A stretch of DNA of 64,000 nucleotides from the NCBI GenBank assembly GCA_012295275.1, contig CM022672.1:11532001-11596000 (forward strand), read 5' to 3'. Position numbers and translations under genes: made by a program. Source of the DNA: Chrysomallon squamiferum (Eukaryota > Animalia > Mollusca). Shown here piece after piece: positions 62,412 through 64,000 of the stretch (positions within the stretch are counted from its first letter, which is position 1; every line of letters starts with the position of its first letter). The notes below the pieces were generated by a model. It saw only the letters and a list, made by a program, of their open reading frames with translations. It was not told the DNA's origin and made no database searches.

Positions 62412-63708
62412 ATGTCACAGACAGCATTTTTAGAGGATGTTATTGGCTGGAGTGAAGAAAAATGTCAACAAAACCTAGATGAAACATTACCGAGATTGAT
62501 TGTATCCTTGAGATTTTCACTATCACCTCAGTTAATGATTTTCATCAGGAAAAGTATTTCTTAGATTGATTTATAGTTATTACATTATGATTATATAATC
62601 TACACATATTATACATGTAATTAGTAATATAAATATGCATCACAAATTAGAGAGAGACAGAGGCAGTATGTAAGATATGTTAGTAATATTATCTGAGTGA
62701 ATTTCTAATTTTTTATTTTATTTTAAGCATAGTTCACAATATATAAATGATTATTTGAGGTTTTCCTTAACAGTGATTTCAGTCTACTTTAGGTGATGTC
62801 AACACTCTAGAAGAAACAGTTGGTAAGATTTGGTTTAGCAATATGTTTGACCATTATGATTGTTGGAATCTGTTTTGTAATAAAATGTATTATAATACAT
62901 ATGTTTGTAAAATTTGTCATATTTAATAATTTTTTATAATACAAAACAAAAACACAGACTTTTTAAATGACATTGTTAAGAAGCAGAAATATTTTATACA
63001 ATACATCAGTAAAATAGTCCTTAGAATTTTTTATCTTTTTTTTCTTCTATTTCAGGAATCCTTAAAATCATTTGTCAGACCTTTTTGCCCCTTGTGAAAC
63101 AACATGAAGCAGAAGATAGAGTTTTCAGCAAAATATCAAGATTGGTAAATTATCCTGAACACCAAGTTTATTATTCTCAAAGAAATATTTTCAGATAAAT
63201 ACTAATAAAATAAGGAAGAACATTATGTGGTGATTGAGTATATCTTAACCAACATATTTGCAAGCTAGCTTATAGTTTTGGGATGGTTTATACAAACTTT
63301 GCTTCAAGAAAAAATGTTAAATAAAACCACTTGCAGGCTATGTGTATAAGCTGTCTATGAAATATACCTGGATTTTGAGTTGTCACTTAGATCCCATTTT
63401 CAGGCTTATTTCCAGCATTTCAAATTTCTGGTAATATGCATTTCAGATAATGTAATATGATTGATCTTTATCATGATTACGCATTCACAGTAATTAATAT
63501 TTGAAATATTTTAATTTTTCATCACTGATCATGAGTGATATTATATATGTGTATTTTTTTTGGGGGGGTTCTATTATTTTTTAAAAGGTTTTGGAGTAAG
63601 AAAGAATTATATTTTCAGGCATGTACAAAGTTTGATGAAATATTTGAGAAAATTTCTGAGCTACCTGCAGTTAATGAAAATGTACCACTGATAAGTTCCT
63701 TTCTTGAG
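62412..63708 (+). CDS. FIRRM: FIGNL1-interacting regulator of recombination and mitosis (C1orf112/FLIP), 5' part; continues beyond window end
   Basis: Exons 62412-62501, 62783-62822, 63056-63144 and 63619-63708 give MSQTAFLEDVIGWSEEKCQQNLDETLPRLISTLGDVNTLEETVGILKIICQTFLPLVKQHEAEDRVFSKISRLACTKFDEIF. This parallels the remembered human long-isoform N-terminus (MSQ...LEELSSWPEELCRRELPSVLPRLL...ILKIIVEMFLP...EQTFFS...KLFDDM). Confidence 0.85.
62502..62782 (+). other. U12-type (minor spliceosome) GT-AG intron
   Basis: 5' site GTATCCTTG and branch site TTTTCCTTAAC (62761-62771) about 10 nt before the 3' AG, no polypyrimidine tract; splicing here keeps the frame. Confidence 0.9.
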
Positions 63709-64000
63709 GTAACATTAGTTATGTTATGTTCTTATCATTTGGGTTTATAGCTCGTTAACTATTTAGAAAGAGTAGTTAAAAGGGTGTTTCTTTTCAAAGT
63801 AAATTATTGGTACTGACAAGAAAGAATTATATAATTTTTTTATAATATTTAATTCATCCTTTTATTTATTTCTGACAATATCCTTGATATTATTATTTTT
63901 TGATTGTTGTTGTTACAGTATTGTTAATATTTTTGGTTGATGTATTTTAAGTCTATAATTACATATAGACATTTTGAAAAAAATACATCATCATATTTAT

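Overview
Eukaryotic, very AT-rich, microsatellite-dense animal DNA with short spliceosomal introns. The style fits a mollusc such as an octopod cephalopod, but this is inference only. Seven protein-coding genes can be assembled by hand from splice sites and reading frames: CCHCR1 (-, 3' part outside the window), a type-I membrane receptor with nine group-A SRCR domains and an NPxY/FxNPVY tail (+), a divergent BarH-class homeobox gene (-), CFAP77 (+), CUTA (+), a complete ~34-exon DNMT1 (-) and the 5' end of FIRRM/C1orf112 (+), whose first coding intron is U12-type. Most ORF-track entries are microsatellite artefacts or single exons. The main signal: the human orthologues of the six conserved genes lie on the four MHC paralogons (6p21, 9q34, 19p13, 1q24; positions recalled, not searched), so the window looks like a compact piece of the ancestral proto-MHC linkage group with a modular endocytic SRCR receptor inside it. 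All gene names are by recognition from memory, not database search.
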